Notes: generated from the sequence alone by a model not told the origin. A DNA stretch of 64,000 nucleotides from a virus (IMGVR_UViG_3300023180_000042:10323-74322), one strand, 5' to 3'. Positions 20,001 through 30,278 are shown, counted from the stretch's first letter. Numbers and translations are program-made.

Positions 20001-20003
20001 ACA

Positions 20004-21476
20004 ATGCCAGGCGTAAAGATTACAGACTTAGAAGAATTAGCACAAGCGCCTGCTGATGATGACATTCTTGTCATTGTCGATCTTGATGCAAACGCTACTA
20101 AGTTTATTTCAGTTGAAAATCTTCTAGAGCCAGCAAGTGCGGCGGCATCTGCCGGCACTGCTGACAAACTTCTGATCGAAGCGACTGATGCAGATGTTAC
20201 ATTTTATCTGGGTATGTTTCCTAACGCGCCTGGCACACCAGCGGCAGACTCCTGTAAAGTTGATACTGACTTAAGATATAACGCACTTACAAACACGCTG
20301 ACAACTGGATTCTTTGCAGGTAACGGTGCTAATCTAACGGGCGTTCTTGCAGATAGTGCCGCAAGAGCAACAACTGCGATTGAAGCCCAACGAGCATTAT
20401 TTGCAGAAGCCGCTCTAAGTGCTGATAGCGCAGACTTTGCGACTCAAGCAGTTTCAGCAGAACGAGCAGACAGTGCAACAAACGCGACCAATGCTGTGTT
20501 TGCAACAACTGCGAACTTTGCGTTTGGTGCTGACAGTGCAAACAGAGCGACCACAGCAATTCAAGCGGATCGCGCAACTCAAGCAGATAGTGCAATCAAT
20601 GCCACTTTAGCAAATACTGCTTTGACTGCAAACTTTGCTATCGATGCAGATAGCGCAAACTATGCTACAACTGCTGGCTTTGCGCTAACTGCTGGCAATG
20701 CTGAAACTGCTGATAGTGCTGTCAATGCTACATTTGCAAACACCGCATTAACTGCTGAGAACGCAATTACTGCTGACAGTGCTATTAATGCATCGAATGC
20801 GGTATTAGCCGATGTTGCTGAACTTGCTAGACGCCTTGGAAACTTTATTGATTCTGCAACAGGATCAAGAGCCCTTGGTGATCTGAAAGTAGATAGCGAT
20901 TTGATTGTACAAGGCGACATTCGAAGCGTAAACGGAATTTTTTACGGTGATGGATCTGGCTTAACAAACGTTACTAGTACGACTGTGGCTTTGGCGACTC
21001 AGCAAACCGATGCCAAAGCTATTGACTCGGCGGGCAAACACTATCTCATGTTGCGTACCGTAGAGTTAGGATATGATAGTGTTGCCACTACTGCACTTCT
21101 TACTTATGATCCCGCAACATTTACACTCAGCGCAAATGCATTCTCTGGCGATGGCTCTAACTTAACAAACGTTACTGCTATTCAAGCGACCAACGCAGAA
21201 AACGTTGATGTAACAACTGTTGGCGATAGTGCGCTTTATTTTGTGCATTTAGGAAGTACCACATCTGGTAATGATAACGTCAACGTAAACACAAACCTAA
21301 CCTACAATCCATTAAGAGGCAGACTATCTGCAACAATTTTCGATACTGGCGAATGGGAAGTGTACGAGAGTGCGGGTAACTTAACTTTTGCACACAACGG
21401 TACGAAACAGATGAGTCTTTCTGAGAATGGTGATCTTGCTATTGCTGGCACACTGTCTCAAAGTGCAACAATATAA
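20004..21476 (+). CDS. Fibre-like protein 3 with Ala-x-x repeats
   Basis: KITDL N-terminus; repeated GDGSNLTNV-like motifs; ADSA-initiated repeats; 14 DS. Confidence 0.65.
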   Translation: MPGVKITDLEELAQAPADDDILVIVDLDANATKFISVENLLEPASAAASAGTADKLLIEATDADVTFYLGMFPNAPGTPAADSCKVDTDLRYNALTNTLTTGFFAGNGANLTGVLADSAARATTAIEAQRALFAEAALSADSADFATQAVSAERADSATNATNAVFATTANFAFGADSANRATTAIQADRATQADSAINATLANTALTANFAIDADSANYATTAGFALTAGNAETADSAVNATFANTALTAENAITADSAINASNAVLADVAELARRLGNFIDSATGSRALGDLKVDSDLIVQGDIRSVNGIFYGDGSGLTNVTSTTVALATQQTDAKAIDSAGKHYLMLRTVELGYDSVATTALLTYDPATFTLSANAFSGDGSNLTNVTAIQATNAENVDVTTVGDSALYFVHLGSTTSGNDNVNVNTNLTYNPLRGRLSATIFDTGEWEVYESAGNLTFAHNGTKQMSLSENGDLAIAGTLSQSATI

Positions 21477-21479
21477 ATA
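21472..21479 (+). promoter_or_regulatory. T4-type late promoter
   Basis: TATAAATA overlapping the upstream stop codon. Confidence 0.75.
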
Positions 21480-21509
21480 TTGACAGCCGCAAAGTATTGA
21501 GGAAATAAA

Positions 21510-22931
21510 ATGGCAGACATTAGAATTTCAGAATTGCAAGAATTGATCAACGTTCAAGACAGTGACGTTCTTGTGATCAATGATATTACTGCGGCTACTA
21601 CCAAAAAGATTACTCGTGATCGCTTTCTTGTAGGCATCACACGGAACGTTTTTGACTCCGCAAATAACGCAGTTGTAAAGCAAGACTTAAAGGTCAACAA
21701 CGATCTGATCGTTGGTGGTGATATCGAAGCGACAGGTGATATTTCGTTTGGTTCATTGACCGACGTTACTGCTGGTATTACAGCACTTCGATTTATTGGC
21801 ACTGGTATTGAAAATAATGACAGTAATGGTGCTATTCCAACTGCGGCGGCTGTTGCTGATTATCTCGATTACTTCTTGCAGGATCTTTATGACTCTGCTA
21901 CACTACCAGTCACGCTCAATGCGTTGACAGATGTTAGTATTGTCACGCCACTCGCAAATGAAGTTCTAAAGTACGATGGCTCAAACTGGATCAATGCGAT
22001 TGACTCTGCGGGTATTACAAATCTTGGTGCACTTGATGATGTAATCATTTCAAGTCTTACTGACGGTCAGGCACTGAAGTATAATGGATCTTACTGGGTA
22101 AACGCAACTGACTCAGCCGGTCCAACTAATCTTTATCAGCTAGACGATATTTTTATCGACTCAGCACTGTCGGCTAATCCTCTTACGACTGGACAAGTTC
22201 TCAAGTGGAACGGAACTAAGTGGGCTAACGCTAACGACTCTAGCGGTGGTGGCGGTGGTGCTGGCGGTGGACTCGACAGTGCGCTGACATTGCAACTGAT
22301 TAGTTCGTCTGTCAATCTGAATACGCTTTCTGGTGTAGCAATCTCTGCACCCTCGACAAATCAGGTTCTCAAGTACAATGGGTCTCAGTGGGTAAATGCC
22401 GCTGACTCTGTTGGTGCTGGCGGAAGTAATGCTCTCAACGATTTGACCGATGTTGTCATCTCAACACCTAGCACGAATCAAGTTCTGAAGTATAATGGTT
22501 CTAACTGGGTAAATGCGGCTGACTCCGTTGGCGGAGCTGGCGCTGGTTTATCGTCTCGCGGCACATTCAATACTGTCACCGCTTCGTTGAGCAATAATGA
22601 CTCAGTAGACGTGAACATTACTGGAGCATATAAAGGTTATTCGATGCTCAAGATTCAAACAGACGTTGCGGCATGGGTAAGAGTCTACACTGATTCGGCT
22701 TCGCGTACTGCTGATCTCGGTCGGCTTTCGTCAGAAGATCCAGCACCAGGCTCTGGTGTTGTAACTGAGGTAATCACATCGGGTGCAGAGACAATCAACT
22801 TGGCTCCTGGACCTATCGGCTTTAACAATTCGTCGCCCGTAACTGACACTATTCCTATCAAGATCGTAAATCTAAGTGGAGGTGCATCCGCGGTCGACGT
22901 TACACTTACGGCGTTGAAGCTTGAAGCATGA
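21510..22931 (+). CDS. Fibre-like protein 4 with five L..L.DV...QVLKYNGS.W.NA repeats
   Basis: RISEL N-terminus; common phage fibre repeat; each repeat ends in DS. Confidence 0.7.
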   Translation: MADIRISELQELINVQDSDVLVINDITAATTKKITRDRFLVGITRNVFDSANNAVVKQDLKVNNDLIVGGDIEATGDISFGSLTDVTAGITALRFIGTGIENNDSNGAIPTAAAVADYLDYFLQDLYDSATLPVTLNALTDVSIVTPLANEVLKYDGSNWINAIDSAGITNLGALDDVIISSLTDGQALKYNGSYWVNATDSAGPTNLYQLDDIFIDSALSANPLTTGQVLKWNGTKWANANDSSGGGGGAGGGLDSALTLQLISSSVNLNTLSGVAISAPSTNQVLKYNGSQWVNAADSVGAGGSNALNDLTDVVISTPSTNQVLKYNGSNWVNAADSVGGAGAGLSSRGTFNTVTASLSNNDSVDVNITGAYKGYSMLKIQTDVAAWVRVYTDSASRTADLGRLSSEDPAPGSGVVTEVITSGAETINLAPGPIGFNNSSPVTDTIPIKIVNLSGGASAVDVTLTALKLEA

Positions 22932-25900
22932 CATTAAAAGTCTATCACGTCATATTGCATCGTACAGAGGATCTGGATGCATTTTATGCTGATATGGAGA
23001 CGCCGGGAGGCTATCTCCATATACCAGATCGTGCTGTTGATTATGCCGCAAGGCTTCCTTTCAGTAAAGTCACTGCATATCGTCTAACAGACGAAGAAGC
23101 GGAACAAGTAAAACAAGATCCTCGTGTTCGTGCAGTTGAACCTGCACTTGAAGACCACGGCATTTTTGCGAAGCCCACTTGGACCGATACTGGTCAATGG
23201 CGCAAAGATGACGGCGCAAACGCAACAAACAGTCAACAAAACTGGGCTTTGTATCAGTGTACCCGAGATACAATCTCTACCACATATGGCACAGACGGCA
23301 CAGCACTTGTCATATCACAAACTTCAGCCAATGCTGAAGGAAAAGACGTTGATGTCATTGTTGTCGATGGCATTCCCAATTTAGATCACCCAGAATTTGC
23401 TGTCAATGCTGACGGCACGGGTGGATCACGCATCATTCAATACAACTGGTTTCAACATACTGATTCTGTTACGGGCGGTGCATATGCAAATGGAACGTGG
23501 GATTATACTACAGAATCGCTAGGTGATTCAGAAAACAATAACCATGGCACACACGTCATGGGCACAGTTGCGGGTAATAGACAGGGTTGGGCACGAAAAG
23601 CAAATCTGTACTCGATCAGTCCGTATGGTTCTAACTACAATTGGACATCTACTGGCATTAGTTCTAGTTATGTATTTGACTACGTACGAGCGTTTCATCG
23701 AAATAAAAGCATCAATCCTAGAACTGGTCGAAAGAATCCAACGATTATTAACAACAGTTGGGGTTACTCGTACCCTGATACAGGCAATATCATCGACTCA
23801 GCTGGATCAGTAGAGCGAATTGTCTTTCGAGGAACAACGTACAACGGTCCCTTTACGACCGAGCAAATGCTAAACTATGGTGTTCCACCTTATTGGGCTT
23901 ACACAAAAGCCGCGGTCGACGCTGGTATTCCTATTGAAGTTGCTGATGGTGTCTATACCACTCCGCCAGCAAAAGTCACAAGCATTGGATGGAAGCTTAC
24001 AACTCCCGCAACAAAAACACAAGAGTGCATCGACGATGGAATCATTGTGGTTTCTGCGGCGGGTAACAGTTCTCAGTACATTGATTCGTCGAATGGCGAT
24101 GATTATAATAATAAGTTGTTTTTAAAATATAATGCGTTTCCTGCTACCATCTCTGCATTTCAAGGAGCGAGCGATTCAGCGATATACTATCATCGAGGGT
24201 CAGCACCCGGAAATACTTCGTTGTGTATTGGTAATGCATCCATCTATCAAAACAATCAGAGAGAATTTTCAAGCAACTTCGGTCCTAGAATCGATCTCTT
24301 TGCGCCTGGTGATGAGATCATTAGCGCAATTCGTCACAATGATTTTTATGACAACATCGTAACTGATCCAAGAAATGCATCATACTATTACGGAATCATT
24401 GGTGGCACAAGTATGTCTGCACCTCAGGTGACAGGTGTTCTTGCATCTATTCTTCAGATTAATCCAGACTTTAGACAAGCAGACGCAAAGAGATACATTC
24501 AAGGCACAGCATTCACAGGTGCGATGTTCGATTCTTCAACTGATTGGGGAAATGTCACAACGTATGGCTGGAATACTCTTTATGCTTTGAGTACAGATTT
24601 AAAAGATACAGTTGACTTGTATCTTCGTTATAGAGAAGAACGTGCAAGTGTTGGTGTCACACTTCCAAAAATAAATAATAGAGAAAGACCAACAACGGGT
24701 GTTCTTTGGCCTAGACCTAAAGTTATTAAGACACGCAGAAGCACTGGTGATATTCTTTATCCTTCGCCTGATGCTGATCTTGCACTAGCACCGCTTGACG
24801 CTCAAACTTCATATGCGGGTACTTTCACGGCTAACTTTGTGGGCGATTCTGCTATTACATATACGGGTGACTTCACAACTGATTACACAAGTATTGACAT
24901 ATACGTCAATGACAGCACAGGACTAGATTATAGCCCAGCCTATGCGAGTGGTTATATTGGCGACTTTACTGCTGTTTATACGGGAAATTATCTTGGAGCG
25001 TATGAAGGAAATTATAATCTAACTTATGCAAGTACAGCGTATCTAAGTCGTTATAGTGCGACAGACTACATTGGGTCGGATGGTTCATATGAAACCAGTT
25101 ATAATAGCTTTTACGAAGGTCCATCGGGCACCTATTTAGCAACTTACGTGGGCACGATGGCGTACTTTGGTGATTATGTGGTATCACCCGACGAACTAGA
25201 TTACACTACTGACTACGGCGTTGGCATAAAGTATACGGGAGATTATCAAGGTCCTGCACATCCGGGCTTTGAAACAAATTATATTGGTTCTTATCAGTCT
25301 GAAGTTCAAGAAGGTGGTGGCACGTTCTTGGATTCAGTAACATACTCCGGTAACTTTATTAGTGATTACTCAAATCCAACAGACTATGTATCTGATTATA
25401 CAGGTAACTATGTAGCAAACTACCTTGCTACTATTATAGTTTACTCGTCTGAGTATATTTCCAATTACGCCGGTAATTATACTCTTGAAGGCTATACTGG
25501 AGACTTTCTTGCCAACTTTACTGGAACTGAAGCATATACTTCAGACAGTGCGGGTGACGGCGCTATCATAATTTCAGATTATCTGGGAACATATACTGGA
25601 AACTATGTTGACTCTGGTGATGCATCATACATTGGATCTTACTTGGGCGACTTCAGTGCGAATTACACAGGTAACTTCTCATCTAATCTAGAATACACTG
25701 GTGGAGATGGCGGCACATATTTGGGCGCATATCTAGGAAACTTTAGTGCGATTTACACAGGCAATTATGTCGGTGGGGCTTACCAGGCAACTTATGTCGG
25801 TGCATCGAACACTTCGTTGAATGTAACGAACAATGGTGCTTCTAACTACATTATTGATAGTGCATCGAACCCAACGTTGACACTTGAAAGAGACACTACA

Positions 25901-26209
25901 TATACATTTAACTTAAGTGTCGGTGGACATCCGTTCTGGATTAAGACAGCGGCAACTACTGGAACTGGCGATCAGTTCAATACTGGTGTGACAAACAACG
26001 GCGCAGAAACAGGCACGTTGACGTTTACTCCTGACTCTGCCGCACCAAGTACTCTCTACTACATCTGTCAGTACCATAGCGGAATGGTAGGCACTATAAA
26101 TATTGTTGCCGCCGGTTCTACAGACTACGTTACTGTCTTTACCGGTGTCGATCAAGAAAATTATATAGGTGACTTTACAACATCGTTTACAGGCGGCTAC
26201 AATGCATAA
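22928..26209 (+). CDS. Subtilisin-like (S8) serine protease fused to Tyr-tetrad repeats and a cupredoxin-like domain
   Basis: Catalytic motifs DVIVVDG, HGTHVMGTVAG, SAAGNS, GTSMSAPQV. C-terminal YxG[DN] repeats and HPF...YYICQYHSGM. Confidence 0.85.
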   Translation: MTLKVYHVILHRTEDLDAFYADMETPGGYLHIPDRAVDYAARLPFSKVTAYRLTDEEAEQVKQDPRVRAVEPALEDHGIFAKPTWTDTGQWRKDDGANATNSQQNWALYQCTRDTISTTYGTDGTALVISQTSANAEGKDVDVIVVDGIPNLDHPEFAVNADGTGGSRIIQYNWFQHTDSVTGGAYANGTWDYTTESLGDSENNNHGTHVMGTVAGNRQGWARKANLYSISPYGSNYNWTSTGISSSYVFDYVRAFHRNKSINPRTGRKNPTIINNSWGYSYPDTGNIIDSAGSVERIVFRGTTYNGPFTTEQMLNYGVPPYWAYTKAAVDAGIPIEVADGVYTTPPAKVTSIGWKLTTPATKTQECIDDGIIVVSAAGNSSQYIDSSNGDDYNNKLFLKYNAFPATISAFQGASDSAIYYHRGSAPGNTSLCIGNASIYQNNQREFSSNFGPRIDLFAPGDEIISAIRHNDFYDNIVTDPRNASYYYGIIGGTSMSAPQVTGVLASILQINPDFRQADAKRYIQGTAFTGAMFDSSTDWGNVTTYGWNTLYALSTDLKDTVDLYLRYREERASVGVTLPKINNRERPTTGVLWPRPKVIKTRRSTGDILYPSPDADLALAPLDAQTSYAGTFTANFVGDSAITYTGDFTTDYTSIDIYVNDSTGLDYSPAYASGYIGDFTAVYTGNYLGAYEGNYNLTYASTAYLSRYSATDYIGSDGSYETSYNSFYEGPSGTYLATYVGTMAYFGDYVVSPDELDYTTDYGVGIKYTGDYQGPAHPGFETNYIGSYQSEVQEGGGTFLDSVTYSGNFISDYSNPTDYVSDYTGNYVANYLATIIVYSSEYISNYAGNYTLEGYTGDFLANFTGTEAYTSDSAGDGAIIISDYLGTYTGNYVDSGDASYIGSYLGDFSANYTGNFSSNLEYTGGDGGTYLGAYLGNFSAIYTGNYVGGAYQATYVGASNTSLNVTNNGASNYIIDSASNPTLTLERDTTYTFNLSVGGHPFWIKTAATTGTGDQFNTGVTNNGAETGTLTFTPDSAAPSTLYYICQYHSGMVGTINIVAAGSTDYVTVFTGVDQENYIGDFTTSFTGGYNA
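26095..26102 (+). promoter_or_regulatory. Possible internal late promoter for the downstream gene
   Basis: TATAAATA ~100 nt upstream of ATG 26202, inside a CDS. Confidence 0.4.
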
Positions 26210-29200
26210 TGGATTTCTAGACAAAAGAAGAAGACATCTCAACCTGCGTGAAATGCAGGTCGAGAACGTGTTGCCTGAACATTTTGCTCAGTTCTATCCT
26301 AAGTTTATCGCTCTGCTAAAAAACTACTACGAGTGGCAAGATCAGAACGATCCTAACGAGTTGTTAAATCATCTCTTCGCTGTTCGTGATATTAACGAAA
26401 CTGACATCACACTACTCTCGTTTATCGAGGACGAGTTTCTTTTGGGTGAAGCATACTTCGAAGGCTTTGGTACAGAAGACTTTGAAAAGCGAGCCGCCGC
26501 AAACTTCTCTAATACTCTGTTCAGATCAAAGGGTACAAAGTTTGCTATCGAATGGTTCTTTAGATCATTCTACGGTCTAGACGCTGACGTAATTTATCCA
26601 AAAGAAAACGTTTTCACACTAAACAATCCAAATTCGCAGGTTGGTCCTGACTCGTTGAGATACTTGACCAATGATAAGTTATATCAAACGTTCGCTCTGT
26701 TAATACGTGTTGGTGTGCCTATTTCAAAGTGGCGAGATATTTTCAAACTGTTTGTTCATCCTGCGGGCATGTATCTTGGTGCTGAAGTGTCGGTTGACGA
26801 TGTTGTTACTCCAGCAATCAACGCTGTCATGCAAGACTCTGCTGTGGATCAGAGACCTTCTCCTGTTTGGACGCTAACACGCTTTCTTGATAGTGCGGGT
26901 CGTTACGGTGAAGCTTACATCGGCGATCCTGTATACAACACACTGACAGGTAATATCGATAGTGTTCCAGAAGGAACAATATTTAAGTATAAAATTAGCG
27001 GCACAAATATTCCAGCTGGTACAGGCACTGTTCGTTATTTTGTTGATCCTGCTGGTGGTGATCTTGCCAGTGATACATCAACAAATGACTTCTACAATTT
27101 CGATTCGGCGGGCGCATTCAACTACACGCCGCCGTATGAAGTGCCTCTTAGAAGCAGTAAAGCAATTTTGCAGTTACAGCAAGACAGTCCGCTGGGACCT
27201 GCGTTTGGTTACTTTACAATACCAACAGGCATTGATAGTGTCGAAACAGAAGGTCAAGAAGCATTTACTGTATTCGTTGAAGACGTTGGTGAAAGAACCA
27301 TCGCGTCCGATCGTGTAGTGTTAAACGATGTCATTACAAGATATCAAATGACACCCTTTGATCCTGTTGACGAAGGAAATAATCTTTCGATTTTTGTATC
27401 GCACGGCTCAGGTTCTCTTTATGATGGTAACCCCAATACGAAAGCGTGGAATAGCACAACGCTGTACTGGTATGGTAAACATATTTCAACAACCGATTCT
27501 GATTTTGTCACGCCGTTGCCTGACTCAAGCAGTCCACAACCCGTAAATATTAGACCAGCATCGATCAGTGGAAATCCTCCTAACGTCGGAACTGTGTCAG
27601 AAGGTTTAATCACTATTCCGATTCGTGGCGACACGGTATCAGAAAGCACAGAGCATTTCGCTGTAATACTTGAGACGTTCGAAGGAATTAAGAAAGACTC
27701 TGTAACTGTTGCGATTAACAACACAGCGGCTACGTTTACGGTCACACCGAGCGCGGCGAGCTATACTGAAGGTGATACTCTTTCATTTACAATCAATCAT
27801 AGTTCGCAAGATGGTGGCGATACAGTCACATGGCAATTTACTGGCGGGATAGCTAGTGATCCACGTCCACTTGCAACTTCTGGATCGTTTAACTTAAATA
27901 GCGGCACATCGACAACATTTAGCATTCAAGTTCGGGCTGATACTATTCAACGAGGTACAGTCGGAGGATTTTTTCAAGTTACGAATAGTAAATACAGTCC
28001 TGCTCTCGTAGCAACCTCTTCTGGTTTCAACGTGTTCGATCAAAATCCAGTATACAATCTTACGATGAATCCTACAACCGCAAATGAAGGTGATACTGTT
28101 ACATTCGATGTGTCTGGAAGCAACATTACTGACGGCACTTATTATCTTCAGATTGGTAATGTCGGCACAAATAATTTAGATTTCTTAACGTATGCTGGCA
28201 ATGGAGGAGCTCCTGGACAAGGATTAAACTCACGTGCTTCAATTACGGTAACAAACAATAGTGGAACAAGTTCATCTCTTGTTTTTGCTGACAGTTCCGA
28301 AACTGCTGATGAATCTTTTTATGCGTATCTTCATTCAGATCCTGTAGTGTTCGATCCGCTTGTTTCTTCGTTAAATCAGATTCGTGGTGGTGCGGCGGCT
28401 ACTTACACTCTTACTCCGAACAAAACACGTGTTCCAGAAGGTGAGACTTTAACGTTTACATTTACAACGACTGGCGCTGACGGAATATTCGATTGGCAAG
28501 TACGAACGTCCGACACTTTCTTAACTTTTGATGGATTACGAGGCTTAACGCCAAATGACTTTGGTAAACTAAATCCCACCACAGGCGAGTGGGATGTCGA
28601 TGAGCCTACAAATGTAGGACTGTATTCCTATTCGCAATTGCCATACGGAGATGAAGCAAGCGAAGGAAATGGAATGGTAGTTTCTGGTGGAACAGGAACG
28701 TTCTCGTTGCTAATTCGTGATGATGGTCAAGACGAAGATTCAGACGAACAAGATTTCTGGGCAATTGTTAAAAACAGTTCGGGTGTAACACTCGCTCAGT
28801 CTGCTTCTGTTCGTATCATCGATGCAGACGCAGTTGATTATAATCTGTACGTTGTTGAGCAAACGGGTGTGCGCGATAGTGCTGTTACAGAAGGTACTGA
28901 GAGTCTTGTATTAAACTTTACGACGAATGCGGCAGTTGACGAAAACTTGTATTTTGAATTGCAAAAGTCAGATGCTCTTGGTAGCCCTTGGTCTAGCAAA
29001 TGGACAAACAATGCACAAAAATACATACCCTTTGCTGAAACTGATCCAGCATCTACAGCGATAAAACTTTTGTATACGCAAAATGGTGGTGCTGACATGG
29101 GCGCACCAATATTTGATGGCACATACGAAGGCGAGCAATTTGGCGTAGCGTATCTATCACGAAACGATTTTGCAAGTAATGGTGGTGACGTACTCGACAC

Positions 29201-30278
29201 AATGACGTTCTCTGTACTAGATGCGCCTGCAACATGGACATTAACTGCTAGCCCTTCGACTACTGTAGACGAAGGTGATGCAATTTCGTGGAGTGTTGGT
29301 GGAACTAATATTCAAGACGGCACGTACTATTATAACATTACTGACTATGATGTAATTGAAACCGATCAAAGTGGTTCCGGTTCGGGGCAGTCTGCGATTC
29401 GCACAAGTGATCCAGAAGCACTGAACATTCCAAATGGCAGTGTATGTATTAACAATGCAAATGTGCCAGGAACTGTTACAGGCGCATTTGCTGTGACCGT
29501 CAGTGGTTCTATATTATATTATCAAATCAACATGAGCGAAAACTTAACTGCAACCGTTCAGAACGCACGGCTAGTATTTGGCAGTGAAGAAGCTTTGGCT
29601 GACTTTAACTCAGGATCGGCAGGCACGTTCACTATGACAAGTAATAGTGGTGGATTTGCTACGTCTACAGCCACAAATGACGATACGATTGATGACACAT
29701 ACACAATGGCTATATATGATCGAGCAGGTCCAACAGCACCAGCGGCAAGTGTAGGATTTACAATCACTGATACGACTGTGGGCGGTCCTGGTGGACAATC
29801 TACAGTGAACTTTGTTGCCGAACCCAGCATTGGCGGGTTCTTTGTCGCTGATCTGAAAGTTGTTACTGATGCAGATGCTCTTGCTACGGCGATATCATCC
29901 GTAGAGATTCGACCAGATGGTGGAGTATACGGAAAAGGCAATCTTGATCCTTTAGGCAGTAATGGAGTAACATTTATTAAGATCGGCACATGGCATCAAT
30001 CAGCGACTACTACAGGTAACTTTACCGTAAGGGCTGAAATTATTTCTGGTCCTACTCTCACGTCAGTAGCACAGGGTAGCTACGGAACAGACTTATCATT
30101 GTCTTCTACTCAGTCTTGGTCGCATCAAGTGCGAGTCCGAGCGCCGAATTCTAGATTTACTTCAATGCAAGTTAGATATACGATTACCGATGATGCTGAT
30201 CCTACAAACACAGCTAGCCAAAACATAGTGTTTAACAGCGAAGTTGAATACATCGGAAATGCAGTAGAAACTCCATAA
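26202..30278 (+). CDS. Baseplate wedge gp7-like core fused to a long array of Ig-like/Calx-beta-like domains
   Basis: YPKFI.LL..YYEW, RSKGT, YQTFA.LI...W...K.FVHPAGM motifs, then repeated V.EG..L.F units. ATG 26202 preferred over GTG 26169. Confidence 0.6.
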   Translation: MHNGFLDKRRRHLNLREMQVENVLPEHFAQFYPKFIALLKNYYEWQDQNDPNELLNHLFAVRDINETDITLLSFIEDEFLLGEAYFEGFGTEDFEKRAAANFSNTLFRSKGTKFAIEWFFRSFYGLDADVIYPKENVFTLNNPNSQVGPDSLRYLTNDKLYQTFALLIRVGVPISKWRDIFKLFVHPAGMYLGAEVSVDDVVTPAINAVMQDSAVDQRPSPVWTLTRFLDSAGRYGEAYIGDPVYNTLTGNIDSVPEGTIFKYKISGTNIPAGTGTVRYFVDPAGGDLASDTSTNDFYNFDSAGAFNYTPPYEVPLRSSKAILQLQQDSPLGPAFGYFTIPTGIDSVETEGQEAFTVFVEDVGERTIASDRVVLNDVITRYQMTPFDPVDEGNNLSIFVSHGSGSLYDGNPNTKAWNSTTLYWYGKHISTTDSDFVTPLPDSSSPQPVNIRPASISGNPPNVGTVSEGLITIPIRGDTVSESTEHFAVILETFEGIKKDSVTVAINNTAATFTVTPSAASYTEGDTLSFTINHSSQDGGDTVTWQFTGGIASDPRPLATSGSFNLNSGTSTTFSIQVRADTIQRGTVGGFFQVTNSKYSPALVATSSGFNVFDQNPVYNLTMNPTTANEGDTVTFDVSGSNITDGTYYLQIGNVGTNNLDFLTYAGNGGAPGQGLNSRASITVTNNSGTSSSLVFADSSETADESFYAYLHSDPVVFDPLVSSLNQIRGGAAATYTLTPNKTRVPEGETLTFTFTTTGADGIFDWQVRTSDTFLTFDGLRGLTPNDFGKLNPTTGEWDVDEPTNVGLYSYSQLPYGDEASEGNGMVVSGGTGTFSLLIRDDGQDEDSDEQDFWAIVKNSSGVTLAQSASVRIIDADAVDYNLYVVEQTGVRDSAVTEGTESLVLNFTTNAAVDENLYFELQKSDALGSPWSSKWTNNAQKYIPFAETDPASTAIKLLYTQNGGADMGAPIFDGTYEGEQFGVAYLSRNDFASNGGDVLDTMTFSVLDAPATWTLTASPSTTVDEGDAISWSVGGTNIQDGTYYYNITDYDVIETDQSGSGSGQSAIRTSDPEALNIPNGSVCINNANVPGTVTGAFAVTVSGSILYYQINMSENLTATVQNARLVFGSEEALADFNSGSAGTFTMTSNSGGFATSTATNDDTIDDTYTMAIYDRAGPTAPAASVGFTITDTTVGGPGGQSTVNFVAEPSIGGFFVADLKVVTDADALATAISSVEIRPDGGVYGKGNLDPLGSNGVTFIKIGTWHQSATTTGNFTVRAEIISGPTLTSVAQGSYGTDLSLSSTQSWSHQVRVRAPNSRFTSMQVRYTITDDADPTNTASQNIVFNSEVEYIGNAVETP

